Shown: positions 49,539 to 59,915, counted from the first letter of the stretch. The stretch is DNA of 64,000 bases from Candidatus Hydrothermarchaeales archaeon (GCA_036444275.1 JAZGAD010000048.1:92-64091); one strand, 5' to 3'. Numbers and translations: made by a program. The notes: generated by a model not told the origin, from the sequence alone.

Positions 49539-49611
49539 TGCAGCCGCCGGGATTTGAACCCGAGTTGGGAGCTTGGAAGGCTCCAGTCCTAGCCAGCTAG
49601 ACCACGGCTGC
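49539..49611 (-). tRNA. tRNA-Gly (TCC)
   Basis: GCAGCCG acceptor stem, GGAGC-CT-TCC-AA-GCTCC anticodon arm, GGTTCAAATCC. Confidence 0.95.
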
Positions 49612-49630
49612 GCTCTACACAGATAGATTA

Positions 49631-50857
49631 TTAGCTAGACCTCTGTTTGACTAATTCTTCAGCCAACATAGGTAAAAAGGCACCCACATCAGTCACTATA
49701 CCTAAGGCTTGAGCTGTGCCTCTATCCGTCAGCTTTGTAACCGTGGCAGGATTTATATCCACGCATATGGTCTTCACATGGGAGGGTAGAATGTTTCCCA
49801 CAGCTATGGAATGGAGCATAGTGGAGAACATGAGTGTAAGTTCCACGTCCTTCAAATTCCTCCGCATTTCCCTCTGGGCTTCAACAACATCGGTTATCAC
49901 CTCAGGCAAAGGTCCATCATCGCGAATGGAGCCAGCTAGGACGAAAGGAATCCCCTTCTGAATACACTCGTACATAACGCCACCTTTCAATTTTCCATCT
50001 TGGATAAGGTTCTTTATTGAGCCTGCCCGCATAATCTCGTTTATAGCATACAGATGATTCCTGTGTCCCCTTTCAGTGGGTCTACCTGTCTCTATATTGA
50101 GCCCAAGCGATGTGCCATAGAGCTGACTCTCCACATCATGCACTGCTAGGGCGTTGCCAGCGAAGAGGACATCCACAAAGCCCTTCCGTACCATGGTTGC
50201 TAGCGCCTCTGAAGCACCGGTATGCACTACTGCGGGCCCAGAGACCACAAGGACCTTCTTCCCCCTATTTTTAACCCCATAGACTTCCTTGGCAATCTGG
50301 CTAACAAGGGACTGCGTAGGCTTCTCAGAGGAAACAGAACTGCGCATGAACTCGAAGACTGTGTAGCCGCGGGGCCTAGCCGGCGGCTCTATCCTGATTC
50401 CCTTGCTACCAACTACAACGAGATCCCCCTTTTTAATGTCACTTATGGGCTTGCACCTGGCCTCTCCTTTCTCCCTGTTGACCGCTATTACCTTATCCAT
50501 CTCCATGTTACGAACCTGAGCCCAGTTCCCATCTAAGTAAACGTAAGTTGGATGATTCGTAGTTGAATAGAAATTCTGAGGCAGCGCCCTATCCTTTGGA
50601 GCCCCCAGTAACTCCAATGCCTCTACTTCAGGTATAGTAGCTCCAAGCTTATGAAGATCCCCCAAAATCTCGTCCAAATGCTCTCTATTCTTCCCTTTAA
50701 CCAATATCCGAGTATATGAGTGCTCGTCTTTCTTCTTCCCTATTTCAAACTGAAGCACCTCAAACTCGCCACCTAGGTCCATGATAGTATCGAAGACCTT
50801 GGGCAGGACAAAGGAGTCTATGATATGCCCCCTCAACTCTACCTCTTTGACTTCCAT
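49631..50857 (-). CDS. TIGR00300/LOR-SDH-like ornithine cyclodeaminase
   Basis: GHIIDS, FYSTTNHPT, VSSEKP, AGNALAVHD, AGSIRDDGPLP, TKLTDRG. Confidence 0.85.
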   Translation of the reverse strand: MEVKEVELRGHIIDSFVLPKVFDTIMDLGGEFEVLQFEIGKKKDEHSYTRILVKGKNREHLDEILGDLHKLGATIPEVEALELLGAPKDRALPQNFYSTTNHPTYVYLDGNWAQVRNMEMDKVIAVNREKGEARCKPISDIKKGDLVVVGSKGIRIEPPARPRGYTVFEFMRSSVSSEKPTQSLVSQIAKEVYGVKNRGKKVLVVSGPAVVHTGASEALATMVRKGFVDVLFAGNALAVHDVESQLYGTSLGLNIETGRPTERGHRNHLYAINEIMRAGSIKNLIQDGKLKGGVMYECIQKGIPFVLAGSIRDDGPLPEVITDVVEAQREMRRNLKDVELTLMFSTMLHSIAVGNILPSHVKTICVDINPATVTKLTDRGTAQALGIVTDVGAFLPMLAEELVKQRSS

Positions 50858-51005
50858 GGTATCGTCTTAATGGACTAATAAATATAAATCTATGGAATTT
50901 GAAAATTCATTCCTAGCTACTTTCCTCTGAATCTCTTCTCTCTGCCCTCAACTTTAAGTCACTGCCTTACGCATTAGTGGTAGAACCATCATAAGAGGCT
51001 GGAAG

Positions 51006-51428
51006 ATGCCTGTAGAGATATCAGCTGGAGCAATAGTATTCAGACGTCAGGAAAAGAAAATAAATTATCTACTTTTGCACTATGAGTCAGGCCACTGGGA
51101 TTTCGCTAAGGGCAATGTCGAGAGGGGGGAGGAAGCAAAGGAAACTGTGCTCAGAGAGATAGAAGAGGAGACTGGTATAAAGGACGCTAGGTTCATCGAA
51201 GGTTTCAAGGAGGAGATAAGCTACTTTTATAAGAGGGCGGGAAAGACCATTTACAAGAAGGTAATCTTCTTTCTTGCGGAGACTCTGACCGAGAGGGTCG
51301 AGTTATCATATGAGCATATTGACTATGGCTGGCTTGGCTACGAGGAGGCATTAGAAAGATTGACTTATAAGAATGCGAAAGAAGTGCTGAAGAAGGCTGA
51401 CGCTTTTCTAAGCTCGCACCCTGCTTAG
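51006..51428 (+). CDS. NUDIX hydrolase (Ap4A hydrolase-like)
   Basis: HWDFAKGNVERGEEAKETVLREIEEETG Nudix box, plus LSYEH. Confidence 0.88.
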   Translation: MPVEISAGAIVFRRQEKKINYLLLHYESGHWDFAKGNVERGEEAKETVLREIEEETGIKDARFIEGFKEEISYFYKRAGKTIYKKVIFFLAETLTERVELSYEHIDYGWLGYEEALERLTYKNAKEVLKKADAFLSSHPA

Positions 51429-52297
51429 CCTATCATCGTGCCTATTCCCTCATCAGTGAATAGCTCCAGTAAAATAGCATGCTTCGCCCTTCCATCCAGG
51501 ATATGTGCCTTTCCCACGCCCCTCTGGACAGCATCAGCGCACGCCCTCACTTTAGGCATCATGGAGCCCTTAATTATCCCTTTCCCTAATAGCTCCTCTA
51601 CTTGACTGATCTTCAGCCCCCGTATGAGGGTATCCTTTTTCTCTAGGTCTTCCATCACACCTGGTACGTCTGTTAAGATGATGAGCTTCTTTGCTCCTAA
51701 AGCTACCGCTATCTCTCCTGCGACTGTATCTGCATTGAGGTTCAAACTAGTTCCGTCTTTACCCCATCCTATGGAGGATATAACCGGGATATAACCCTGA
51801 GAGGTTAGTATCTCTATGATCCCTGGATTTACCTCCGATACCTCTCCTACTAGACCTAAATCTACTTCCTTCTCCACCCCACCGCTTACTACCTTCTGCA
51901 GAGGCTTCTTCACAGCAACTATAAGCCTGCCGTCTTTACCTGAGAGGCCGACTGCATTGCAGCCGAGGGCGTTTATCATGGAGACTATATCTGTATTTAT
52001 CTTCCCTACCAAGACCATCTTAGCGATATCTAGGGTCTCCTCATCGGTTATCCTCAAGCCCTCTATGAACTCGGGCTTCTTACCCATTTTCTCCATAGCC
52101 TTAGTGATCTCAGGCCCGCCGCCGTGCACGATAACAGGCTTCATGCCTATATAACGGAGCAGGATAGTATCTTTCACCGTCCACCGCTTAGCCTCCTCGT
52201 CCAGCATAGCATGCCCGCCATACTTTATCACCACGTAGGCGCCCTGGAACTCCTCTATGTAGGGTAGTGCCTCAGCTAAAACCTCAGCTCGATTCAT
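51425..52297 (-). CDS. argB: Acetylglutamate kinase
   Basis: VIKYGGHAM, VHGGGPEI, GLRITD, NLNADT, ELFTDEGIGT. Confidence 0.95.
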   Translation of the reverse strand: MNRAEVLAEALPYIEEFQGAYVVIKYGGHAMLDEEAKRWTVKDTILLRYIGMKPVIVHGGGPEITKAMEKMGKKPEFIEGLRITDEETLDIAKMVLVGKINTDIVSMINALGCNAVGLSGKDGRLIVAVKKPLQKVVSGGVEKEVDLGLVGEVSEVNPGIIEILTSQGYIPVISSIGWGKDGTSLNLNADTVAGEIAVALGAKKLIILTDVPGVMEDLEKKDTLIRGLKISQVEELLGKGIIKGSMMPKVRACADAVQRGVGKAHILDGRAKHAILLELFTDEGIGTMIG

Positions 52298-52359
52298 ACT
52301 ACCAAATCTCCATGTTGCATTTAAAAGGCTTTCGAGTTCAATCCTGGTAATTACAATAA

Positions 52360-53556
52360 CTAAGTAGAGTATTCAGCATTTATCCTCACGTATTCAGGAC
52401 TTAAGTCGCAGCCGTATGCAGTGGCTGTTTCCATGCCAGAATGAAGGTCCACTACAACCTTGATCTCCTTAGCCTTCATAATATCCTTAGCCTTTTTCAA
52501 TTCAATTTCCCCTCCAGCCGTGGCCTTGCCTTTGTCTATGAGGTTTATCCTGCCATTCTCTGACTCAAAGTGCAGGCTTATTTCCTCTGGGTCGAAGTCT
52601 GCTCCAGAGTATCCGATAGCTGCTATTATCCGCCCCCAGTTTGGGTCCTCCCCAAAGAAGGCTGTCTTCACAAGGTTAGAACTAGCGATCGCCTTGGCCG
52701 CTTTAACTGCATCCTCTTTTCTTCCAGCATTTCTCACCTCTATCTCTAAGAACTTGGTAGCGCCTTCTCCATCCTTTGCCATAAGCCTTGCCAACTCCCT
52801 TGTTACGAAGTTCAAAGCCTCTTGAAAGTTCTCGTCTATCTCTCTATTACCAGCTCTGCCGTTTGCAAGAAGAATGGCCATATCGTTGGTACTTGTATCA
52901 CCGTCGATGACAGTCATGTTGAAACTCTGCTTCACTGCTTCACCGAACACCTCGTCTATTCTATCTCCGGGGATTGCGGCATTAGTGGTAACGAAACAGA
53001 GCATGGTGGCATGTTTCAAATCGGGAGCGATCATACCCGCACCCTTTGCTATGCCCCCTATTTCAACCTCTTCCCCTGTACTAAGTTTTGTTTTAACAGA
53101 GACCATCTTTGGAGATTTATCAGTAGTCATTAGAGCCCTAGCAGCTGCGAGGGATGCTTCTTTCGTAGAGTTTAAATCAACCGCTACTATCCCCTGCGCT
53201 ATAGCATCCATGTCCAGCCTTCTCCCAATTATCCCTGTGGAAGCAGTCAATAAACTCGCAGGCTTAAGTCCAAGCTTCGTTGCCGCAAGCTCACACATCC
53301 TTTGTGCGTCTCTGATTCCTACCTCGCCAGTGTAGGCATTGGCATTTCCAGAGCTAGCTACGATTGCACGTATGTCGCCATTCTCAAAATGCTCTTTAGA
53401 GACTGTAAGAGGGGCAGCTTTCACCCTATTCGAAGTAACCATGAGCGAACAATTGGCCTTATCCTCGCTTAGTACTAGTGCAACTCCATAGCTCCCTTCT
53501 CTCGAGCCGCCTGCTCTAAAGCCGGGACAGCATACACCTTTTTCTGTGAGTTTCAT
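52360..53556 (-). CDS. argJ: Ornithine acetyltransferase
   Basis: SGNANA, ASTGIIG, KGAGMIAP, ATML, DGDTSTND, DGEGATK, DPNWGRI. Confidence 0.95.
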   Translation of the reverse strand: MKLTEKGVCCPGFRAGGSREGSYGVALVLSEDKANCSLMVTSNRVKAAPLTVSKEHFENGDIRAIVASSGNANAYTGEVGIRDAQRMCELAATKLGLKPASLLTASTGIIGRRLDMDAIAQGIVAVDLNSTKEASLAAARALMTTDKSPKMVSVKTKLSTGEEVEIGGIAKGAGMIAPDLKHATMLCFVTTNAAIPGDRIDEVFGEAVKQSFNMTVIDGDTSTNDMAILLANGRAGNREIDENFQEALNFVTRELARLMAKDGEGATKFLEIEVRNAGRKEDAVKAAKAIASSNLVKTAFFGEDPNWGRIIAAIGYSGADFDPEEISLHFESENGRINLIDKGKATAGGEIELKKAKDIMKAKEIKVVVDLHSGMETATAYGCDLSPEYVRINAEYST

Positions 53557-53691
53557 AACCTAACCTTTTATAACCCTCTTAGAAAAGGCTTTTGATTCAC
53601 TTCTCGCAGAGCCCCCCCCCCCAAAGATTAGAGCCATACAAATACAAATCGAAAAAATTAATATAATCGTTAACTATAGAAGCTTTACCTG

Positions 53692-53946
53692 ATGATAATC
53701 GAATACATACAAGCCGCTCTAGAAAAAGCGAAGTACGAAATGATTGAGGATGAAGAGCCATTTTATGGAGAAGTGCCTGGATTGGAGGGTGTCTGGGCTA
53801 CGGGGAAAACCCTCGAAGACTGCCGAAAGAACCTTGGAGAAGTAATCGAAGGGTGGATAATCATCCGATTAAGAAAAGGCCTACCAATCCCAGTAATCAG
53901 TCGTCACAAGATAGAGGTGCCAGAGGAGCTGGCTGCAGTTGACTAA
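53692..53946 (+). CDS. hicB: HicB family antitoxin
   Basis: YGEVPGLEGVWATGKTLEDCRKNL. Confidence 0.88.
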   Translation: MIIEYIQAALEKAKYEMIEDEEPFYGEVPGLEGVWATGKTLEDCRKNLGEVIEGWIIIRLRKGLPIPVISRHKIEVPEELAAVD

Positions 53947-54160
53947 ACTCAAACCAGTTGCTTGGAAGGAGCTGGTCAAACGCTTAAAAGAACTGGGTTT
54001 TGAAGGTCCATATCAAGGAGGAAGACATCCTTTCATGGTGAAAGGGAACCTTGTCTTAACCATTCCTAATCCCCATAAAAAACCTATTGGCACTGATCTT
54101 CTCTCAAGGATTTTAAAACAGGGCAGAATCAGTAGGAAGGAATGGCTGAGAGAGAAGTGA
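53939..54160 (+). CDS. hicA: HicA family toxin
   Basis: LGFEGPYQGGRHPFM, TIPNPH, LSRILKQ. Confidence 0.88.
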   Translation: MTKLKPVAWKELVKRLKELGFEGPYQGGRHPFMVKGNLVLTIPNPHKKPIGTDLLSRILKQGRISRKEWLREK

Positions 54161-54447
54161 CCTTGCTTTCATAATCGCATATCTCTCAGTAGAAATTAGA
54201 AAATATACTCTAACCCCGCTCTAACCCTCAATGATTGGACACCCACATTAGAAAGAGACTTTATGATTATGAACTTATTTGGACTGTTCTTGAAATGATG
54301 CGAAAGATGGAAGGGTTTATATGGAAGACTTTACGAATGAACGCCGAAAAATAAGACTCTGGACTCTATAGGACTATTTCAACTTGATTATAGATTACAG
54401 TAGTTACAGTAGTAAATAGAATAAAAGTAAGCGGTAGTGAATAGATT

Positions 54448-56667
54448 ATGAGCGGTATAGGAGTCTTTCTTTGCAAGTGCGGTGGAAACCTGGGTCTAAA
54501 CTTTAAGAAGATCGCAAAGGACATCGAAAAAGAGGAGGTAAAGGTAGTTGAGATTGTGGATCTCCTCTGCGCCGAGAAAGGACTGCCGCATCTAACGCAA
54601 CACATACGCTGGAGTGATGAGAGGAAGCTTGATAGGGTTGTGATAGCGGCGTGCTCCCGGAAGAGGGATTTGTTCGTGCGCGTGCTAGAAGCCCATGATC
54701 TCGGGGAGGACTCCCTTGACCTAGTGAATATTCGCGAGGCCTGCGCATGGCTCCATGAAGACAAAAAAGCTGCCACTGAAAAAGCACGTTTAATGATAAG
54801 AAACGCCCTGCCGCGGGAAGGATATTTTCCAGAGACCATAAAAGTCGAGTCAGATCCAGGTGTTGTAGTGTTAGGGGGCTTGGAGGGGATACGCATAGCC
54901 GAGGAACTCCTTAAGTTAGGGGCCGTACCCCATGTAGTTACCGAGAGCTATTTCAAGAAGGACTGCAGCTTATGTCTGGATTCCCAGCTCTGCAAACCCA
55001 ACCATCGCCAGTGTCTGTATGACCTCCCGGAAGTTAAGACTTATCAAAGTTCAAAGTTCGTCGATATCTCAGGGCGTCTAGGCGACTTTTCTGTGCGCAT
55101 AGAGCGGGATAAAAGCATAGACATGGGGGCCTGCGTAGAATGCAATAAATGCATAGAAGCCTGCCCAAAAAAAGCGATAACATCCCCCTCAGATGGAGTA
55201 GGTCATGTCTACATTATTGATTCAGAGAAGTGCGATGAATGCGGAGCCTGCTCCAAAGTCTGCCCCACGAAGGCTATAACCCTAGAAAACGTAGAGGAGG
55301 TCATTAAAGCCGGGCACGTGATATCCTTTTCAGATTTACCTCCAAGGGAAGGCGTCTATCTCTGCTCTGGCGATGGAGTCAATGCATATGAAGAGGCACT
55401 GGCAGCCGCTATGGAAATATGCATGCACATGAGTGGTATGTATAAGGAAAAGGTCATTGATGCTAAGCCTGAGCTCTGCGCTAATTTCAATATAAAGGAT
55501 AAGAAGTTCGACATAGAGGGCTGCACGCTTTGCTTAGATGCTTGTTCCTATGGCAGCCTCTCCTCGGGTGATCTAGACGAATTCTCATGCCAGTATTGCG
55601 GCGCATGTATAGGAGCATGCCCCCAAGGCGTTACCAGGTGGATGGACTGCCCCCAAGCTGATATTCTCAATGAGATGGAAACCCTCTCGGAAGCTAAGCT
55701 CAGCCCAAAGGTACTGGCCTTCCACTGCTCTGAGTGCGGGGAGACAATGATAAACACTGCGGGAGCTAACGGTGCTAGGTATCCGCCGGTTCTATCTATA
55801 GGGGTAAAGTGTTTGGGCAGCATCTCAGATATCCTCTTGCTGCGGGCTATTGACCTCGGTTACGATGGAGTGATTCTCTCCGGCTGCATTTCTGGAAAGT
55901 GCGCCCATGGAAATGGCGTCAAAATAGCTGCCAAGAACATCGCATTTGTCAATAAGCTGCTCGTCCTCCTCGGTCTTCAAAAACGAGTGAAGATTATTCA
56001 CAGCGACGTGGAAGACCCAGAGAAGTTCGCTAACAGCGTGAAGAGCTTCTACGATAAGCTTAAACCCTTGCCGTCAACTCTGAAGAAGAAGCCCGTTGAG
56101 TTGGATACAAAGGAGATGACCAAGCGGCAGGCCCTTATTGCTCTCATTCAGGGGTTAACAGGGAAGATAGGTGTATCATCAGGGATCATAAAGGGCGATT
56201 TTTCCTTCGGCGACCTCCAGATAGATGAGAGGAAATGCACCCTCTGTTCTGCCTGCGCGATCCAGTGCTCAACTGGGGCATTGGAAACCTCGGATATGCC
56301 TAGGACCGATGGATGGGTTCCTGAGATAAAATTCACCCACGCGTACTGCACTGCCTGCGGCATCTGCGGAGATATCTGCCCTGAAAAGGCCATTCATATT
56401 AACAAATTACTGGATATAAAGCGCTTCATCGAGATATCAGAGGAAGAGCTTAAGATAGAGTTGATAAAGTGCGAGCGCTGCGGGAGGCCCATAATGGCTG
56501 CTACTGCTTATAGTAGAATCTCCGGCGACCTAAGAGGTAAAGAGCTTGGCCTTCCAAAACTCTGCAGGGACTGCAGGGACAGGGTCAATATAGCAGAACT
56601 CCTCGGCTTAGACGTGGATGATGATAGCTTCAGGGTAATTGAGCAGGGTAAGAAGGTTGACGAATAA
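54448..56667 (+). CDS. HdrA-like N-terminus + polyferredoxin + MvhD/FlpD domain protein
   Basis: GVFLCKCGGN, VVIAACS and VNIREACAW, multiple CxxCxxCxxxC motifs, and MvhD-like AFHCSEC..KCLG..GYDGVILSGC..KCAHGNG. Confidence 0.8.
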   Translation: MSGIGVFLCKCGGNLGLNFKKIAKDIEKEEVKVVEIVDLLCAEKGLPHLTQHIRWSDERKLDRVVIAACSRKRDLFVRVLEAHDLGEDSLDLVNIREACAWLHEDKKAATEKARLMIRNALPREGYFPETIKVESDPGVVVLGGLEGIRIAEELLKLGAVPHVVTESYFKKDCSLCLDSQLCKPNHRQCLYDLPEVKTYQSSKFVDISGRLGDFSVRIERDKSIDMGACVECNKCIEACPKKAITSPSDGVGHVYIIDSEKCDECGACSKVCPTKAITLENVEEVIKAGHVISFSDLPPREGVYLCSGDGVNAYEEALAAAMEICMHMSGMYKEKVIDAKPELCANFNIKDKKFDIEGCTLCLDACSYGSLSSGDLDEFSCQYCGACIGACPQGVTRWMDCPQADILNEMETLSEAKLSPKVLAFHCSECGETMINTAGANGARYPPVLSIGVKCLGSISDILLLRAIDLGYDGVILSGCISGKCAHGNGVKIAAKNIAFVNKLLVLLGLQKRVKIIHSDVEDPEKFANSVKSFYDKLKPLPSTLKKKPVELDTKEMTKRQALIALIQGLTGKIGVSSGIIKGDFSFGDLQIDERKCTLCSACAIQCSTGALETSDMPRTDGWVPEIKFTHAYCTACGICGDICPEKAIHINKLLDIKRFIEISEEELKIELIKCERCGRPIMAATAYSRISGDLRGKELGLPKLCRDCRDRVNIAELLGLDVDDDSFRVIEQGKKVDE

Positions 56668-56788
56668 TTTTGAATTTGATTTGATTGAATTTATTTATGC
56701 TAGCTAAGGTACAAACCAAAAAATTTGTAAATGCTAATTAAAGGGTAGATTTTCCTATCAGTGTTGCATTTGGCATACGATGGTTTAA

Positions 56789-57010
56789 GATGAAATCAAA
56801 CTATTCGAGGTAAAGCTTTCAATCTTTAGGGTTACTGATAAAGGTGGTGTGTGGGAAAATAGTTTAGCCTGCTCCATAGACAGCATTGAAACACCTCAAG
56901 ATATCACAGGCGCCACGCATAAGAAGACAGATGCGTTGGACGACTACTTCATAATAGTCGACGAATGGCCGCAGGAAAAAATCAAACTCACATTGACCTA
57001 TACAAGATAA
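56789..57010 (+). pseudogene. Start-less paralog remnant of the 60721-61014 ORF
   Basis: LSIFRVTDKGGVWE...IETPQDIT..HKKTDALDDY.I.VDEWP..IKLTL closely matches 60721-61014. An in-frame TAA lies upstream. Confidence 0.75.
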
Positions 57011-57045
57011 ATATGGAAAGTTCTACGAAGGTGCCCGAGTACCTT

Positions 57046-58620
57046 TTAAAAGTTAATCGTCTCAGTGGCCATGTCCACGGGAGGAGATTTCCCTGTTTGT
57101 TCCCATGCATTGTAAACCTTCTCTCCCGCATTGAAGTAGTCCCAAGGGTTATCAATGTTTTCGTCTCTTAGGAACTCTACGAATTCCTTGGACGTGCTCT
57201 GGTACTTCAACGTTACCTTAACAGAAGTTGCCCCCACTGGAATCTCATACTCTGTAACGTCCCAATTCTGGCCATCCGCATATTCGGCTCCTCTTATGTA
57301 GGCCATTGCAGCTTCGTATTCTGCATTCGTAAAACCCCTCGGGGGAATCCGGTTGTCTTTGTAGACGTAGTTGTTCAAGGCAAAGTGGAAGGAAGGGCCA
57401 TCGGAATATCCAGGCACGTCCTTTGTGCCCGGCTTGGCTTCGTATACCTTTATCCCCTCGTCGTACGTGAGTTCACCAGTACGGATGTCATATCCCCCAG
57501 ACTCCAAGATAACATTCCCCTGGGAGTCGTAGAATACTACGTTTAGCCACATCCTCCTCCCCTCGGGATAACCGGTTGGCAACTTGTGTCCCGCTAGGTT
57601 TGTGACCTTCACCCTCAGCTTTCCATCGCTGGCCGATAAGTCTAGGGCTGCGGCGCTCTGCAGCATATCTATCGCTAGGGCTTTGGTTCGTTTGAGAGCT
57701 GCCAACGTCTCTTCGTCAAAATCATACATGAGTGCTAAGACATCCGGCATCCAAGCATTACCCCCGACGAACTCGTGTTTGTATATATCGTCCCGTAGCT
57801 TGACATTACTGGAATAACAGGCGTATCCCTCTACAGGGAGCATATGGCAGTCTTGACACTCTATACCTTCTCTAGCGAAGGCGCTGTATTTCCACTCACT
57901 GTAGGTCGTCTCCACAGGGGTAGTTAGATCATATACCGGGTTCAATATGTCGTGGCAGGTCCCACATAATTCGGATTTCGTGTGAAACTCTGAGTACAAT
58001 GTTTTGTGCGGGGCATTCGTGTCGTTATATGGGCCGCGTCTCACGTATTCTGGTGATACTACATATTGGGAGTTCGCATGGACCTCGACATCTGGTTTAG
58101 ATAATAATCTGCCGTCGGCGGATAAGGGGTCGACCAGCCTGTGGCAGAAGTCACATGATACTCCTTCTCCGAGGTCCTCCGATGTTAATGCAGAGCCATC
58201 AACGGGCTCTGATCTCCCCTCCAGCCAGCCTGTTGGTGTATGGCATCTGAGACAGTAATCCCCTACCTCAACTACGCCTTCAAGGTCCCTGTTCGAGATT
58301 GCATTCAAAGCTAAGAAGAGAGGGTCCCTTGCAGCGTGCCGCATCAGGCTACCTTTCCAAGTATCATATGGAGAGTAATCCGCATAGCCTCCATGGCACG
58401 CAGCGCACGTACTATACGAAATTATCGACTGCGAGATATCACGGGGCTGTGTCCCCGGCAGGAACACCGGACTCGTGTGCTCTGGTTCCTCGACAGCAAC
58501 AGGGTGAAAAATTTCCTCAACTGTAGCAGCAGGCCTCCTGAATACGCCGCTTCCCATCACTATTATTACAGCTGCCGATATTACTAACGCCGCTATTACG
58601 CCCAATACCCTCTTATTCAT
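57046..58620 (-). CDS. Membrane-anchored pentaheme cytochrome c (c554/c552-like)
   Basis: N-terminal TM, CAACH, CLRCH, CDFCH, CGTCH, CQDCH, and GHKLPTG..RR.WL. Confidence 0.9.
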   Translation of the reverse strand: MNKRVLGVIAALVISAAVIIVMGSGVFRRPAATVEEIFHPVAVEEPEHTSPVFLPGTQPRDISQSIISYSTCAACHGGYADYSPYDTWKGSLMRHAARDPLFLALNAISNRDLEGVVEVGDYCLRCHTPTGWLEGRSEPVDGSALTSEDLGEGVSCDFCHRLVDPLSADGRLLSKPDVEVHANSQYVVSPEYVRRGPYNDTNAPHKTLYSEFHTKSELCGTCHDILNPVYDLTTPVETTYSEWKYSAFAREGIECQDCHMLPVEGYACYSSNVKLRDDIYKHEFVGGNAWMPDVLALMYDFDEETLAALKRTKALAIDMLQSAAALDLSASDGKLRVKVTNLAGHKLPTGYPEGRRMWLNVVFYDSQGNVILESGGYDIRTGELTYDEGIKVYEAKPGTKDVPGYSDGPSFHFALNNYVYKDNRIPPRGFTNAEYEAAMAYIRGAEYADGQNWDVTEYEIPVGATSVKVTLKYQSTSKEFVEFLRDENIDNPWDYFNAGEKVYNAWEQTGKSPPVDMATETINF

Positions 58621-58938
58621 TCCTACCTCCCTTCTCTCCCTGTTCTATAGCTAATAATGCGTAATACTATGACGCATAGTACCCCCATAATAGGTCAAAC
58701 TTAAATTAACTTAAATCTTTTTCTTCTATGTACCTGAATTTCGGACTATAAAAGCGTTACGCTCTCCAATTTTTCATGGATCTCTCTGGCCTCAATCTCC
58801 GGGACCGAACACCACAATAAAACTGTCGTTAGATTTTTATACTCAGAAAATCAGGTTAAATCAGGTTAATACATGCAAAAGGTTTGCGTACGTATCCCTA
58901 GAAACATTAATTATTGAATAGTAAGAATAAGAAAGAGA

Positions 58939-59262
58939 ATGAATATGAACTGGAATATGCTTCTATTAATTGCTGGAATGCTTCTAATCTCAGGCTGCAT
59001 AGGCCAAAGTGGAGAGAGCAAAATCGAACAGGTAAGCACGCCAGCACCAACCTCTATAGATGCCAAGCCGATACTTGAGAAGAAATGCTCTGTCTGCCAC
59101 AGCTTGGACAGGATACGATCAAAGAGGAAGACCTACAGCGGATGGGAAACGACAGTAAAACGAATGCTGGACGTCAAGGGAGCTAGAGAGCGGGCTGGAA
59201 TAACAGACGAAGAAGCAAAGACTATCATTGAATATCTAGCAACTACATACCCAAGTGAATAA
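58939..59262 (+). CDS. Monoheme cytochrome c lipoprotein
   Basis: Lipobox LISGC, CSVCH, and WETTVKRM (candidate distal Met). Confidence 0.88.
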   Translation: MNMNWNMLLLIAGMLLISGCIGQSGESKIEQVSTPAPTSIDAKPILEKKCSVCHSLDRIRSKRKTYSGWETTVKRMLDVKGARERAGITDEEAKTIIEYLATTYPSE

Positions 59263-59268
59263 TGAACT

Positions 59269-59503
59269 TTATTCCTTTTTCTCGCGTCGCTTCTCTCCTC
59301 GCCCGAGTAATACGAAGAAGGGCAACATAATCAAAAAAACAATAACCAGGAATAGTATGATGCCCGAGCCGAAAAACAATACATATCCTGGGAGAGCGCC
59401 CACGACTGCATACACCCTCATCCAAAAGCTCTTCAACAAGCGGGAGGCCCTCTGAAGTCTCCCCCTTGAAATTCATCTCCATATTCTCTTCAGTCTTCTC
59501 CAT
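59269..59503 (-). pseudogene. Small membrane protein, probably frameshifted at a G-run
   Basis: The SD-preceded start MEKTEENMEMNFKG continues plausibly only in another frame (KSFWMRVYAVVGALPGYVLFFGSGIILFLVIVFLIMLPFFVLLGRGEKRREKKE). Confidence 0.4.
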
Positions 59504-59515
59504 ACTCCAACCTCC

Positions 59516-59617
59516 TTATTTCTTCTCAAATTCAGTAGCACCGCACTCAGGACACTTCTTGGGTCTGCACCTAGTATCTTTCTCATAGCCGCATCCAGAA
59601 CACTTCCATACAGCCAT
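59516..59617 (-). CDS. 33-aa rubredoxin-like (RCKP-type) microprotein (not in ORF track)
   Basis: MAVWKCSGCGYEKDTRCRPKKCPECGATEFEKK, with SD GGAGGTGG. Confidence 0.85.
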   Translation of the reverse strand: MAVWKCSGCGYEKDTRCRPKKCPECGATEFEKK

Positions 59618-59763
59618 CTTTCCACCTCCAATTATCTATTCCTAATCCTATCCTAATCTAATAATTTGGGTAAATAAAGAAACTAAAACTTCAGCCTTAG
59701 TCGCTTACCCTCTTTTTCCATTATCCAACAATAGTATATGCCTTATCTCCAACTATTGTATTT

Positions 59764-59795
59764 TTCCTTCAACTATTCAACGTAATTTTTCTATA
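59764..59795 (+). repeat. 32-bp direct repeat copy 1
   Basis: ttccttcaactattcaacgtaatttttctata, 31/32 identical to 60601-60632. Confidence 0.9.
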
Positions 59796-59915
59796 TCTAT
59801 AGTCTTTCAAGACGAAGGACAATACATTGTCAGACCATTCGGAGATACTGATCAGTTCTATACCTTCAACTTGTAAACGTTAAAGTTTTAAAATAATACA
59901 AATATTATATGTAAT

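Noticed and set aside
49320-49611. tRNAs as integration sites of an island
   Set aside because: No integrase and no duplicated tRNA 3' end were found in the window.
53612-53622. Poly-C tract as a phase-variation switch
   Set aside because: It is intergenic between argJ and hicB, with no evidence of an effect.
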